A stretch of 64,000 nt of DNA from Bacteroidales bacterium. GTDB lineage: Bacteria > Bacteroidota > Bacteroidia > Bacteroidales > VadinHA17. The notes beneath the pieces are model-generated. The model was given only the letters and a program-made list of their open reading frames with translations. It did no database searches and was not told where the DNA came from. Positions within the stretch are counted from its first letter, which is position 1, and each line of letters begins with the position of its first letter. The position numbers and the translations under genes were made by a program. Below, one piece after another: positions 28,008 to 37,491 of this stretch. The stretch lies in the NCBI GenBank assembly GCA_034678415.1, contig JAXDBV010000045.1, forward strand, positions 1,317 to 65,316, in the 5' to 3' direction.

Positions 28008-29636
28008 TTATTCCCTTTTTTCTGCTTGAAGTATTTCAACACTTTTCAGGAAGGTATTATCAATCCTGTGAAGGATGGGGAAAAATCCTTCATTGTCAAA
28101 AATATTTCTCACAATATATGCCTTGAGTTGAACATTTATAACTTCCCGTGATATTTTCTTATCACGCAGGTTTCCCCGGATTCCTTTCTGTTCGGCAAAA
28201 GCAATGAACTGCCGGTAAAGATCCCTGGTATCAAGATACCGGTCTAAATCCTGCCAGTGTTCAAATGTTTTCAGTTTCTCTCTTTCCTTATCGGAGTAAT
28301 CGAAGGCAAATCGGTAAATAAGGCCCGTATTCCTGACTTCAATAAAAAACGGTGTAATTCCCGAGGTGTCGAGGGGTATGAAAATATCGGGCATGATTCC
28401 TCCACCGCCATAAACAGTTTTTCCTTCAGGGGTATAAAACTTCAGGGAATCATTGAATTCAATACTGTCTTTTTCCATGAATTCCCCGTTCTCATACCGT
28501 GTATTGATATCGTTATAGTAGGAATCCTCCCGTCCCCTGGTATATGGTTTCTGGATGCTTCGTCCTGTAGGTGTGTAATAACGGGCGATTGTCAGGCGGA
28601 GGGCTGAGCCGTCGTTGAGGACAATAGGTTCCTGTACGAGTCCTTTTCCGAATGAGCGACGGCCAATGATTAGTCCACGGTCATTATCCTGAATGGCGCC
28701 GGCCAGTATTTCGCTGGCAGATGCGGTCCACTCATCGATCAGCACCACCACTTCCTCATCGAGGCAGTTACCTCCCGGTTTTGACATAATGTTTACTCGT
28801 GGCCGTGCCCTTCCCTCGGTATAAACGATCAGCTGGTTATCGCCCAGGAACTGATCTGCAATATTGGTGGCAGCATCCATATATCCGCCGTTATTATTGC
28901 GAAGATCGAGGATGAATTTTTTCATTCCCAGTGTCTTCAGTTTTTCCACTGCAGCATTGAATTCCTCCAGGGTGGTTTTAGCAAATTTGCTGATCTTCAC
29001 ATAGCCTATCTCGTCATCTACCATATATGAAACATCAACACTATACAGGGGGATTTTATCACGTACGATAGTAAAATCGAGGATGTTACGTGTCCCGGGT
29101 CTTTTGATGCCTACCTTAACCGTGGTACCTCTGGGACCTTTCAGCATGCCGACAACCTTTTCCTGCGAGTACTTAATCCCCGCCACCAGTGTATCATTGA
29201 TCGATACAATCCTGTCGCCAGCCATTATTCCCACCTTTTCCGAAGGTCCCCCGTTGACGGTGGATATGATTACCACTGTATCGTCGGGCATGTTGAATGA
29301 GACGCCTATGCCTTCAAAATTACCTTCCAGCGGTTCGTTGACAGCCTGAAGATCCCTGGCAGGAATATAAATGGAGTGAGGATCAAGCTCACGTAGGATG
29401 GCAGGAATAGCGGTTTCAACAAGATGGTTGCGGTCCACGGAATCCACGTATTCTGACTGAATATAATTGAGTATTGTATTCAGCTTATCAGTCCTGGGGT
29501 AAATGAACAGCGATTGCTTTTTGCCCACCGGCCTCATGCGTGTACCGATGACCATGCCTGCCACCAGGAATACGGCAAGGAGAACAGGCATATAAATCGA
29601 CGCATTTTTACTTTTCTTGTCCATTTTCTTTATCAA
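28008..29636 (-). CDS. S41 family carboxy-terminal processing peptidase (Ctp/Prc-like) with a PDZ domain
   Basis: PDZ segment GGPSEKVGIMAGDRIVSIND and the catalytic region DEWTASASEILAGAIQDNDRGLIIGRRSFGKGLVQ (Ser/Lys dyad). There is an N-terminal TM anchor. Later starts (29624, 29591) are possible. Confidence 0.88.
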   Translation of the reverse strand: MIKKMDKKSKNASIYMPVLLAVFLVAGMVIGTRMRPVGKKQSLFIYPRTDKLNTILNYIQSEYVDSVDRNHLVETAIPAILRELDPHSIYIPARDLQAVNEPLEGNFEGIGVSFNMPDDTVVIISTVNGGPSEKVGIMAGDRIVSINDTLVAGIKYSQEKVVGMLKGPRGTTVKVGIKRPGTRNILDFTIVRDKIPLYSVDVSYMVDDEIGYVKISKFAKTTLEEFNAAVEKLKTLGMKKFILDLRNNNGGYMDAATNIADQFLGDNQLIVYTEGRARPRVNIMSKPGGNCLDEEVVVLIDEWTASASEILAGAIQDNDRGLIIGRRSFGKGLVQEPIVLNDGSALRLTIARYYTPTGRSIQKPYTRGREDSYYNDINTRYENGEFMEKDSIEFNDSLKFYTPEGKTVYGGGGIMPDIFIPLDTSGITPFFIEVRNTGLIYRFAFDYSDKEREKLKTFEHWQDLDRYLDTRDLYRQFIAFAEQKGIRGNLRDKKISREVINVQLKAYIVRNIFDNEGFFPILHRIDNTFLKSVEILQAEKRE

Positions 29637-30078
29637 GATCTATAAAAACCAGTTCAATATCGGCTCTTTTCAGCACTTCGAGGCCTTGCTGATCAGGATA
29701 ATGATCGCTGTACACCACTCTTTTTATTCCCGCCTGTATGATGAGCTTTGAACATTCCATACAAGGCGAAGAGGTCACATACAACGTGCTGCCTTCACTG
29801 CTGTTGTTCGACTTGGCCACCTTTGTTATGGCATTGGCTTCGGCATGCAGTACGTATGGTTTGGTTCGACCGTTTTCGTCTTCACAAATATTCTCAAATC
29901 CGGCCGGTGTGCCGTTATATCCGTCTGAAATAATCATTTTCCCCTTGACGATCAAAGCGCCCACCTGTCGTCTCTTGCAATAGGAATTACTGGCCCATAT
30001 CCTGGCCATCTCAAGATATTTCCTGTCAAACTGTAATTGTTTGTCACCGTATGGTTTGATTAAATCAGCCTCCTTCAT
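29608..30078 (-). CDS. Deoxycytidylate (dCMP) deaminase
   Basis: Zinc-binding cytidine/deoxycytidylate deaminase motifs HAEANAI and PCMECSKLI. At 156 aa it is ComEB/dCMP-deaminase sized. Confidence 0.85.
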   Translation of the reverse strand: MKEADLIKPYGDKQLQFDRKYLEMARIWASNSYCKRRQVGALIVKGKMIISDGYNGTPAGFENICEDENGRTKPYVLHAEANAITKVAKSNNSSEGSTLYVTSSPCMECSKLIIQAGIKRVVYSDHYPDQQGLEVLKRADIELVFIDLDKENGQEK

Positions 30079-30116
30079 GATATCATTCTGTACCGGTCAT
30101 ACCGTGAAACTGCGAG

Positions 30117-30200
30117 TGCCCAGGACCGGAATCGAACCGGTAAGGTATTGCTACCACTGGTGTTTGAGACCAGCGCGTCTACCAATTCCGCCACCTGGGC
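30117..30200 (-). tRNA. tRNA-Leu (anticodon CAA), class II with a long variable arm; no encoded CCA
   Basis: The reverse complement GCCCAGGTGGCGGAATTGGTAGACGCGCTGGTCTCAAACACCAGTGGTAGCAATACCTTACCGGTTCGATTCCGGTCCTGGGCA folds by hand. The acceptor stem is GCCCAGG/CCTGGGC. The anticodon stem is CTGGT/ACCAG with loop CTCAAAC. The variable-arm hairpin is GGTA-GCAA-TACC. The T arm is ACCGG-TTCGATT-CCGGT. Confidence 0.9.
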
Positions 30201-30420
30201 TTGTACTATTGTATGAGTAATTTCGATCCTTTGATCGATGAAAGAACCTCATCATCAAAACCTCATACGGACTGCGAAGATATGGATTTGTTTTATTCCG
30301 TCAAAAATGGGGATTATCAATTTCATAACTGTATGGTGTAAAGCAGGTACGGGTTCGAACAGGGAATGTGAAAACCTGTTACCTTTAAGTTTCATATGAA
30401 GGATCACAAATTTCACGCAT

Positions 30421-31971
30421 ATGAATAAAAAGCATATAAGTGCGAGGCTCAGGAAGCTGGGTATCACCGATATCCATGAAGGGGTATGTACCGGGACCAG
30501 ATGGCATGTCACACAAGGAGAAGTACTTACCTCATATTCTCCTGTGGATAGTGAGGCCATAGGCCGGGTGAGGCAAGGTTCTCCTGATGATTATGAGGCA
30601 GTAATGGGAATAGCCGTGAAGGCGTTTGAAGAATGGAGAAGTATACCTGCTCCCCGGCGTGGTGAGGTGGTCAGGCAGATAGGGCAGGCCTTACGAGATG
30701 CGAAAGAGGATCTTGGTTTCCTGGTCACCCTTGAGACGGGGAAGATTCTGCAGGAAGGCCTGGGGGAAGTGCAGGAAATGATTGATATATGTGACTTTGC
30801 CGTGGGGCAGTCAAGGTTGCTAAGCGGTATAACCATGCATTCGGAAAGGCCGGAACACCGTATGTACGAGCAGTACCAGCCCCTGGGTGTCGTCGGCCTC
30901 ATCACCTCCTTCAACTTCCCTGTTGCCGTCTGGGCATGGAATGCCATGATCGCTGCCGTTGCCGGCGATATCGTGATATGGAAGCCTAGCTCCAAAACGC
31001 CACTTACAGCTGTTGCCACCCATCATATTATTGCAGGGGTGCTGAAAAAGAATAAAGTGCCCGAAGGGGTGTTCAACCTGTTTATTGCCAGATCAGATAT
31101 ATTGGGCGATCGTTTTCTTACGGATACCCGAATTCCTCTGATCTCGGTCACCGGTTCCACGGCTGTCGGCAGGCATGTCAGCGGTATCGTGGGAGCACGG
31201 CTGGGGCGTACCATTTGTGAACTGGGCGGAAACAATGCCATCATCGTTTCTTCCCATGCCGACCTTGATATGGCTATCCCGGCCATCCTTTTCGGTGCAG
31301 TGGGGACAGCAGGACAGCGCTGTACCACCACCCGCCGGCTGATCGTCCAGGAAAAGGTGTATGAAGAGGTGAAAAAAAGGCTGATAAAGGCTTATGAACA
31401 GGTATCGCGCAGGATTGGTAATCCGTTCGATCCCTCCGTACTGGTCGGCCCGCTGATTGATCAGCAGGCAGTAAAGAACTTCCGGAATGCGCTCAAAGAA
31501 CTAAAGAAGCAAGGCGGCAGGATACTGTTTGGAGGGGAAGTGCTCTCAGGAAGTATATATAAAAACGGGTTGTACGTGGTTCCCACCATTGCGCAGGCTG
31601 AAAACCATTACAAAATTGTCCAGGAAGAAACCTTTGCCCCCATCCTCTATCTGATGAAATATAAGACTATTGAAGAAGCGATTCACCTCAATAATTCTGT
31701 TCCGCAGGGTCTGTCATCGGCTATTTTCACCCTCCATGTCAGGGAAGCGGAGAAATTTCTTTCGGAAGCGGGTTCAGATTGTGGCATTGCCAATGTGAAC
31801 ATCGGAACATCGGGAGCAGAAATAGGAGGGGCTTTTGGTGGTGAAAAGGATACGGGTGGCGGACGGGAATCGGGATCCGATGCATGGAAGTCCTATATGA
31901 GGCGGCAAACAAATACCATTAATTTTGGTACTGCATTGCCACTGGCCCAGGGAATACGATTTGAGTTATAG
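30421..31971 (+). CDS. Aldehyde dehydrogenase family protein (ALDH7 / aminoadipate-semialdehyde dehydrogenase-like)
   Basis: 516 aa with the catalytic-site segments ELGGNNA and GTAGQRCTT (Cys), and EETFAPIL. The N-terminal LGI..IHEGVCTG start resembles antiquitin-type ALDHs. The subfamily call is tentative. Confidence 0.8.
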   Translation: MNKKHISARLRKLGITDIHEGVCTGTRWHVTQGEVLTSYSPVDSEAIGRVRQGSPDDYEAVMGIAVKAFEEWRSIPAPRRGEVVRQIGQALRDAKEDLGFLVTLETGKILQEGLGEVQEMIDICDFAVGQSRLLSGITMHSERPEHRMYEQYQPLGVVGLITSFNFPVAVWAWNAMIAAVAGDIVIWKPSSKTPLTAVATHHIIAGVLKKNKVPEGVFNLFIARSDILGDRFLTDTRIPLISVTGSTAVGRHVSGIVGARLGRTICELGGNNAIIVSSHADLDMAIPAILFGAVGTAGQRCTTTRRLIVQEKVYEEVKKRLIKAYEQVSRRIGNPFDPSVLVGPLIDQQAVKNFRNALKELKKQGGRILFGGEVLSGSIYKNGLYVVPTIAQAENHYKIVQEETFAPILYLMKYKTIEEAIHLNNSVPQGLSSAIFTLHVREAEKFLSEAGSDCGIANVNIGTSGAEIGGAFGGEKDTGGGRESGSDAWKSYMRRQTNTINFGTALPLAQGIRFEL

Positions 31972-32054
31972 TAGGAATGGATACCGGCATGGCCATGCTG
32001 CATCCTCCACCGGTGCTTGTTTTCTATTATCAGACGTGATCAGGCGAAGCTTAT

Positions 32055-34004
32055 TCAACCCGTGCTTGACAGGATATGCTTTCCTGTCAGTACCTTTATT
32101 GTATGTACAATGTTATCCACATCATAACCGCATTCCTGGTGTAACTGTGTCACGGTGCCCTGATCGATGAAGCGGTCGGGGATGCCCAAGCGCCGTACCT
32201 GTACCGCGTAGCCATGATCATTGTAGAATTCAAGCACGGCACTGCCAAACCCACCGACAATACAACCGTCTTCCACGGTAATAATATGCTTGTACTTGCT
32301 CCCCACCTTATGAAGGATGGATTCATCGAGGGGTTTTACGAAACGCATATCATAGTGCGTGATATGTATGTTTTCCGTTACCAGGCGGGCGCTTGCTTCG
32401 CATACTTTATTTCCGATATGGCCAATCGAAAGAACTGCCAGATCATTCCCTTCGCTTATCATCCGGCCGGTACCGATCATTATTTCTTCAAAGGGTTTCT
32501 TCCAATCGGGGCATATACCTGTTCCTCTCGGATACCTGATGGCAAAGGGGCCATGATTCTTTAGTTGTGCAGTATACATCAGGTTGCGCAGGTCAATCTC
32601 ATCCATCGGGGCTGAAATGATCATATTGGGGATGATTCTCATGTAGGCCAGGTCGAAGCTGCCATGGTGTGTGGGACCATCATCACCTACCAGTCCGCCC
32701 CTGTCAATACAGAAAACGACCGGCAGTTTCTGGATCGCAACATCATGTATTACCTGGTCATATGAACGCTGCAAAAATGTGGAATAGATATTGCAATACG
32801 GGATCATGCCCTGCGAAGCCAGTCCCGCGGAAAAAGTGACCGCATGTTGCTCAGCTATACCAACATCATAAGCCCTGTCAGGGTACTTTTCCATCAGAAT
32901 ATTCAGGGATGATCCGGTTGGCATGGCAGGTGTGATACCAACGATTCTTGTGTTCATACCGGCCAGCTCCGTGAGGGTGTGACCGAAGACATCCTGGTAC
33001 CGCGGGCATGACTTACTTCCTTTGTTTACGGAAAGGATCTCTCCCGTGTATTTATCAAATATTCCCGGGGAATGGAATACTGTCTGATTTTCTTCCGCAA
33101 ACCTGAATCCCTTTCCCTTGGTGGTGAGGATATGAAGTATTTTAGGTCCTTTAATACGTTTCAGGTCATTCAGCACCTTTGTCAGATGGATTACATCGTG
33201 TCCGTCAACTGGTCCGAAATACCTGAAGTTCATTGCCTCGAAAAGGGAGCTGTGTTTCAGGAGGGATGCTTTAAGGCCAGCCCCTACTTTCTGTGCCATG
33301 GCACGGGTATAAGGTGCCAGCCAGCGTATCTTTCCCAGGAAATTCCAGATCTTATCCCTGAACCGGTTATAGGTAGGCGATGTGGTGATATCGAGAAGGT
33401 ATTCCTTCAATGCCCCCACGTTGGGATCAATGGCTATGCGGTTATCGTTGAGTATGACCAGTATATCGGGTTTGAGGTCGCCGGCATTGTTCATTCCTTC
33501 GAAGGCCAGGCCGGCAGTCATGGCTCCGTCACCGATGACCGCGACAATGTGCCGCTGGTCATTCAGATGTCGTTGCCGTGCCATGGCCATACCCAGTGCG
33601 GCTGAGATGGATGTGGATGAATGTCCTACACCGAAGGCATCATATTCACTCTCGGATAGTTTGGGGAATCCGCTGATCCCCTTGTACTTACGATTGGTCT
33701 GGAACACCTTCCTGCGCCCGGTCAGTATCTTATGGCCGTAAGCCTGGTGTCCAACATCCCAGATAATCAAGTCCTCGGGAGTATCGTATACGTAATGAAG
33801 TGCGACTGTCAGTTCAACCACACCAAGACTGGCCCCAAAATGCCCGGGATTACAGCTTACCACATCAATGATGAATTGCCTCAGTTCGCTGCACACCTGT
33901 ATAAGATCCTCGACCTTTAGTCTCCTGAGATCAGACGGGTATTCAATCGTTGAGAGCAAGCCGATATTTTCTTCAGACATGTTCCTCCGGTTATTCAGTG
34001 ACAA
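32055..34004 (-). CDS. dxs: 1-deoxy-D-xylulose-5-phosphate synthase
   Basis: GHFGASLGVVELTVALHYVY, WDVGHQAYGHKILTGRR and the TPP-binding GDGAMTAGLAFEGMNNA. An alternative start is MSEENIG at 33980. Confidence 0.93.
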   Translation of the reverse strand: MSLNNRRNMSEENIGLLSTIEYPSDLRRLKVEDLIQVCSELRQFIIDVVSCNPGHFGASLGVVELTVALHYVYDTPEDLIIWDVGHQAYGHKILTGRRKVFQTNRKYKGISGFPKLSESEYDAFGVGHSSTSISAALGMAMARQRHLNDQRHIVAVIGDGAMTAGLAFEGMNNAGDLKPDILVILNDNRIAIDPNVGALKEYLLDITTSPTYNRFRDKIWNFLGKIRWLAPYTRAMAQKVGAGLKASLLKHSSLFEAMNFRYFGPVDGHDVIHLTKVLNDLKRIKGPKILHILTTKGKGFRFAEENQTVFHSPGIFDKYTGEILSVNKGSKSCPRYQDVFGHTLTELAGMNTRIVGITPAMPTGSSLNILMEKYPDRAYDVGIAEQHAVTFSAGLASQGMIPYCNIYSTFLQRSYDQVIHDVAIQKLPVVFCIDRGGLVGDDGPTHHGSFDLAYMRIIPNMIISAPMDEIDLRNLMYTAQLKNHGPFAIRYPRGTGICPDWKKPFEEIMIGTGRMISEGNDLAVLSIGHIGNKVCEASARLVTENIHITHYDMRFVKPLDESILHKVGSKYKHIITVEDGCIVGGFGSAVLEFYNDHGYAVQVRRLGIPDRFIDQGTVTQLHQECGYDVDNIVHTIKVLTGKHILSSTG

Positions 34005-34124
34005 AGATAATAATTATTCATGTCAGGAAGCCTTTTCAACCCTGTTAAACATGCTATTCCCGTTCTTCTTGCCGGCAACATGCTTTTTAAAATGTTCTTA
34101 TATTTGAATGAATAAATATGGGTT

Positions 34125-35138
34125 ATGATAACAATACGATATTATGCAAGAATTCTCATTCCGGCTGTCCTGTTGCTACAGCTTTCCTGCGTTTCCGTTA
34201 GGCAGTACAGGGAGGCCGAGGAAAATAGCAGGAAATACCTGGAAGAGAGGGATTTCCTGAAAAGCATGAACCAGAAGCTGACGGTACAGAACACGGAATT
34301 GTCATCCCGGGTAGAAGGCCTTCAGAAGGAACTGGAGAAACTGGCTGCTGATTCATTGAGGCGCTATGATGATTTTATGAAACTGAAGGCCGATTACTAT
34401 CAGATGATGCGTGATTATCGAGCTCTTCAGTCAGCCCAGGAGACTATGATCAAGGGCAGTTCACAGGAAACATCACGCCTGCTTAAACAGCTTCAGACCG
34501 CTCAGGAAGACTTGCTTACCAGGGAACAAGAGCTGCAGAGAATAGAAATGAATCTGCAAAGCGAAAAAAACAGGCTTGAACAATTACGGTATGAGCTGGA
34601 GAAAAAAGATGCAAGGCTGAGTGAACTGGAAGAAATCCTTGGCAGCAAAGATTCTGTTGTCAATGAGCTGAAATATAAAGTATCAGAAGCCTTGCTCGGA
34701 TTCAAGGATGACGGGTTGAGCGTGGACATACGGAACGGCAAGGTATATATATCCATGGAAGAGAAACTCCTGTTCAGATCCGGCAGCTTTGCCGTCGATC
34801 CGTACGGGGAGTTGGCGCTGGAGAAGCTGGCAAAGATCCTTGAACTGAACAGGGATATCAATATCATGATCGAGGGGCATACCGATGATGTCCCCTATAT
34901 TCCCAACCTCAGCCTCCAGGATAACTGGGACCTCAGTGTTAAGCGGGCAACATCCATTGTACGGATACTCCTTTCCAAGGGCAAGATTGATCCAAAGCGG
35001 CTTACCGCTGCGGGGAGAGGTGAATTTTTTCCCATCGATCCGGGAAAGACTGAGGATGCGCGGCGCAGGAACAGAAGAACCGAAATCATCCTTACGCCCA
35101 GGCTGGATGAACTGTTTAGAATCCTTGAAAGCCAGTAA
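34125..35138 (+). CDS. OmpA family lipoprotein with a long coiled-coil region and a C-terminal OmpA/MotB peptidoglycan-binding domain
   Basis: Lipobox-like LLLQLSC, about 170 aa of heptad-like E/K/L/Q-rich sequence, then the OmpA_C-like motifs GHTDDVP...NWDLSVKRA...RRNRRTEIIL. Confidence 0.8.
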   Translation: MITIRYYARILIPAVLLLQLSCVSVRQYREAEENSRKYLEERDFLKSMNQKLTVQNTELSSRVEGLQKELEKLAADSLRRYDDFMKLKADYYQMMRDYRALQSAQETMIKGSSQETSRLLKQLQTAQEDLLTREQELQRIEMNLQSEKNRLEQLRYELEKKDARLSELEEILGSKDSVVNELKYKVSEALLGFKDDGLSVDIRNGKVYISMEEKLLFRSGSFAVDPYGELALEKLAKILELNRDINIMIEGHTDDVPYIPNLSLQDNWDLSVKRATSIVRILLSKGKIDPKRLTAAGRGEFFPIDPGKTEDARRRNRRTEIILTPRLDELFRILESQ

Positions 35139-35201
35139 CGGGGAAGAGGTGTGAGCGTTCCTTAGCCGCTCAATCCCCGGCATTGTAGCTTCCCCTAATC
35201 G

Positions 35202-35765
35202 TCAGACGGTCATTATCTCCTTTTCCTTCTTCAGGGCAACCTCATCCACCTTTTTAATAAAGTCATCGGTCAGGTCCTGGACTTTTTCGATGGCATCCTT
35301 TTCCATATCTTCCGGCAGTCCTTCCTTCCTCATCCTCTTGAATTCATCGTTAGCCCATTTCCTGGCATTCCTTATGCTTACCCTGGCGGTCTCCGCTTCG
35401 TGCTTGATCTGTTTCACCAGTTGTATCCTTCGTTCCTCGGTGAGAGGCGGCACATTGATACGGATCACCTCCTTGTTATTGAAGGGAGTGAAGCCAAGGT
35501 TAGCGGCCAGGATGGCTTTTTCAATAACATCGAGCATGCTCTTGTCCCATGGCTGGATAAGGAATGTCTTGGGATCGGGAGTATTGATGTTCGATACCTG
35601 GTTCAGTGGTGTCATCACGCCATAGTAATCCACCTTAATACCATCGAACACCGTTGGATTTGCCTTTCCGGCTCTTACTCGTACCAGCTCGTATTCGAGA
35701 TGATCAAGGGCCTTTTGCATCCCTTCGCGGGTTTCATCGAGATATAGTTGAACTTCTTCTTCCAT
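35202..35765 (-). CDS. frr: Ribosome recycling factor
   Basis: 187 aa. VRAGKANPTVFDGIKVDYYG...IPPLTEERR is a typical Frr pattern. Confidence 0.93.
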   Translation of the reverse strand: MEEEVQLYLDETREGMQKALDHLEYELVRVRAGKANPTVFDGIKVDYYGVMTPLNQVSNINTPDPKTFLIQPWDKSMLDVIEKAILAANLGFTPFNNKEVIRINVPPLTEERRIQLVKQIKHEAETARVSIRNARKWANDEFKRMRKEGLPEDMEKDAIEKVQDLTDDFIKKVDEVALKKEKEIMTV

Positions 35766-35798
35766 GTTATTAGACGATTAGCACAGGATTAAATGTAT

Positions 35799-36518
35799 CT
35801 AATTTTTGATCACTGTCCCAATTTCTTCGCCCATAATAATTTTTTTCAGATTATTGGGCTGGTTGATATTGAACACCACCACAGGAAGATTATTTTCCCT
35901 GCACAGGGTGAAGGCAGTAAGATCCATAATCTTCAGGTTTTTGTTGTACGCATCATCGAATGTCAGGTGATCGAATTTTTTTGCCAGGGGGTCCTTTTCA
36001 GGATCGGTTGTATACACCCCGTCAACCCGTGTTCCTTTTAACATTACCTCTGCTTTTATCTCAACAGCCCGGAGTGCTGCCGCCGTGTCCGTGGTAAAAT
36101 AGGGGTTGCCGGTGCCAAAGGTAAGAACGGTTATATTTCCCTCCGACAGGGATTGAATGGCTCTTGATGCAGAATAGTATTCACATACAGGTTCCATATG
36201 GATGGCAGAAAAAACCATTGTCGGGATGCCTGCAGATTCCAGCGATGACTGTATGGCCAGCCCGTTGATCACGGTGGCCAGCATTCCCATCTGATCGCCC
36301 TTGTACCTGTCGAATCCCTTTTTTGTTCCCGGCAGGCCACGGAAGATGTTACCCCCGCCGATAACAACCGCCGTTTCCACTCCCAGGTCAGCCATCTCAC
36401 GCAACCGGGAGGTATAGTATTCCAGTTGTCTGGTATCGATCCCGCAGGGTAATTCCCCCATCAATGACTCCCCGCTCAGTTTCAACAGAATGCGTTTGTA
36501 CTTTACCATTTCCGGCAA
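35799..36518 (-). CDS. pyrH: UMP kinase
   Basis: YKRILLKLSGESL, VVIGGGNIFRG and GTGNPYFTTDTAAALRA. An alternative start is at 36509. Confidence 0.92.
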   Translation of the reverse strand: MPEMVKYKRILLKLSGESLMGELPCGIDTRQLEYYTSRLREMADLGVETAVVIGGGNIFRGLPGTKKGFDRYKGDQMGMLATVINGLAIQSSLESAGIPTMVFSAIHMEPVCEYYSASRAIQSLSEGNITVLTFGTGNPYFTTDTAAALRAVEIKAEVMLKGTRVDGVYTTDPEKDPLAKKFDHLTFDDAYNKNLKIMDLTAFTLCRENNLPVVVFNINQPNNLKKIIMGEEIGTVIKN

Positions 36519-36572
36519 ATTGTGTGATCTACGAAATTAAAAAAAAATCAACTGAGCAGGGCCACAACAAAT

Positions 36573-36601
36573 AAAAAAAGGCTGCTTTTTACGGGCAGCC
36601 T
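36573..36601 (-). terminator. Rho-independent terminator downstream of tsf
   Basis: The minus strand reads aGGCTGCccgtaaaaaGCAGCCtttttttat: a 6-7 bp GC-rich stem, a 9-nt loop and a 7-T run, starting 24 nt after the tsf stop. Confidence 0.6.
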
Positions 36602-36624
36602 GTGTATGCATAAGTATTGTAAGG

Positions 36625-37455
36625 TCAGTCTCTCAATGAATACCTTAAAAACCCCGTCACCTTCACATCCTTGTTCACTCCCTGCAGGTACTGCCTGATA
36701 GTAATCTTATTATCCTTAATGAATTCCTGGTTCATAAGCGTGCTTTCCTTGTAGAACTTGTTCAGTTTTCCCAGGGCAATCTTTTCCACCATGTTTTCTG
36801 GTTTGCCTTCGCGCCTGGCCTGTTCCTTCCCGATCTCCAGCTCCTGATCCAAAATCTTTTTGGGAACATCGTCTTTATCGATGGCCACGGGATTCATGGC
36901 AGCCACTTGCATGGCAATATCTTTGCCTGCCTGTGCATCAGCCAGAGGAATGCTGAATCCAACAAGGGTGGAGAGTTTATTCCCCGGATGAATATAGGCT
37001 ACCACGTAAGGGGCTTCGAGTGAGTTAAAATAGGAAAGCTCAATTTTCTCACCGATAACACCCATCTGGCTTGTCAGCACATCCATAATTTTACTATTTC
37101 CGAGCTTCAGGTTTTTCAATGCTTCCAGGTCGGAAGGATTTTGATCCAGTGCAGGTTCCAGAACAGACTGTGCCAGGTTTATAAACTGGCTGTTCTTTGC
37201 CACAAAGTCGGTTTCACAATTCATGGTGATCATCACCCCCCTGGTGCCATTGGCAGACACCTTGGCGAGAGTAACGCCCTCCCGTGCTTCACGATCGGCT
37301 CTTTTGTTGGCAACCGCTTGTCCTTTCTTCCGTATGATTTCGATAGCCTTGTCAAAATCACCGTTGGCTTCCGTAAGGGCGTTCTTGCAGTCCATCATTC
37401 CTGCCCCGGTTGCCCTGCGTAGTTTACTGATTTCGGCAACTGTAATCTGTGACAT
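36625..37455 (-). CDS. tsf: Translation elongation factor Ts
   Basis: N-terminal UBA-like ISKLRRATGAGMMDCKNALTEANGDFDKAIEIIRKKG, then the dimerisation core. It lies downstream of rpsB, as is conserved. Confidence 0.93.
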   Translation of the reverse strand: MSQITVAEISKLRRATGAGMMDCKNALTEANGDFDKAIEIIRKKGQAVANKRADREAREGVTLAKVSANGTRGVMITMNCETDFVAKNSQFINLAQSVLEPALDQNPSDLEALKNLKLGNSKIMDVLTSQMGVIGEKIELSYFNSLEAPYVVAYIHPGNKLSTLVGFSIPLADAQAGKDIAMQVAAMNPVAIDKDDVPKKILDQELEIGKEQARREGKPENMVEKIALGKLNKFYKESTLMNQEFIKDNKITIRQYLQGVNKDVKVTGFLRYSLRD

Positions 37456-37491
37456 AAGTATTCGTGTTATTCAGATGAATTATGGGATGGA

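Noticed and set aside
30255-30560. 101-aa minus-strand ORF next to tRNA-Leu
   Set aside because: It overlaps the 5' end of the well-supported ALDH gene and its upstream region. It is a hydrophobic, low-information sequence and is likely spurious.
31987-31998. Perfect 12-bp palindrome gcatggccatgc downstream of the ALDH gene
   Set aside because: Same reasoning: no loop, no T-run, and too short to interpret.
34502-35183. 121-aa and 166-aa minus-strand ORFs
   Set aside because: They are antisense to the coiled-coil/OmpA gene. Their S/L-rich low-complexity sequence mirrors the E/K/L/Q-rich sense frame.
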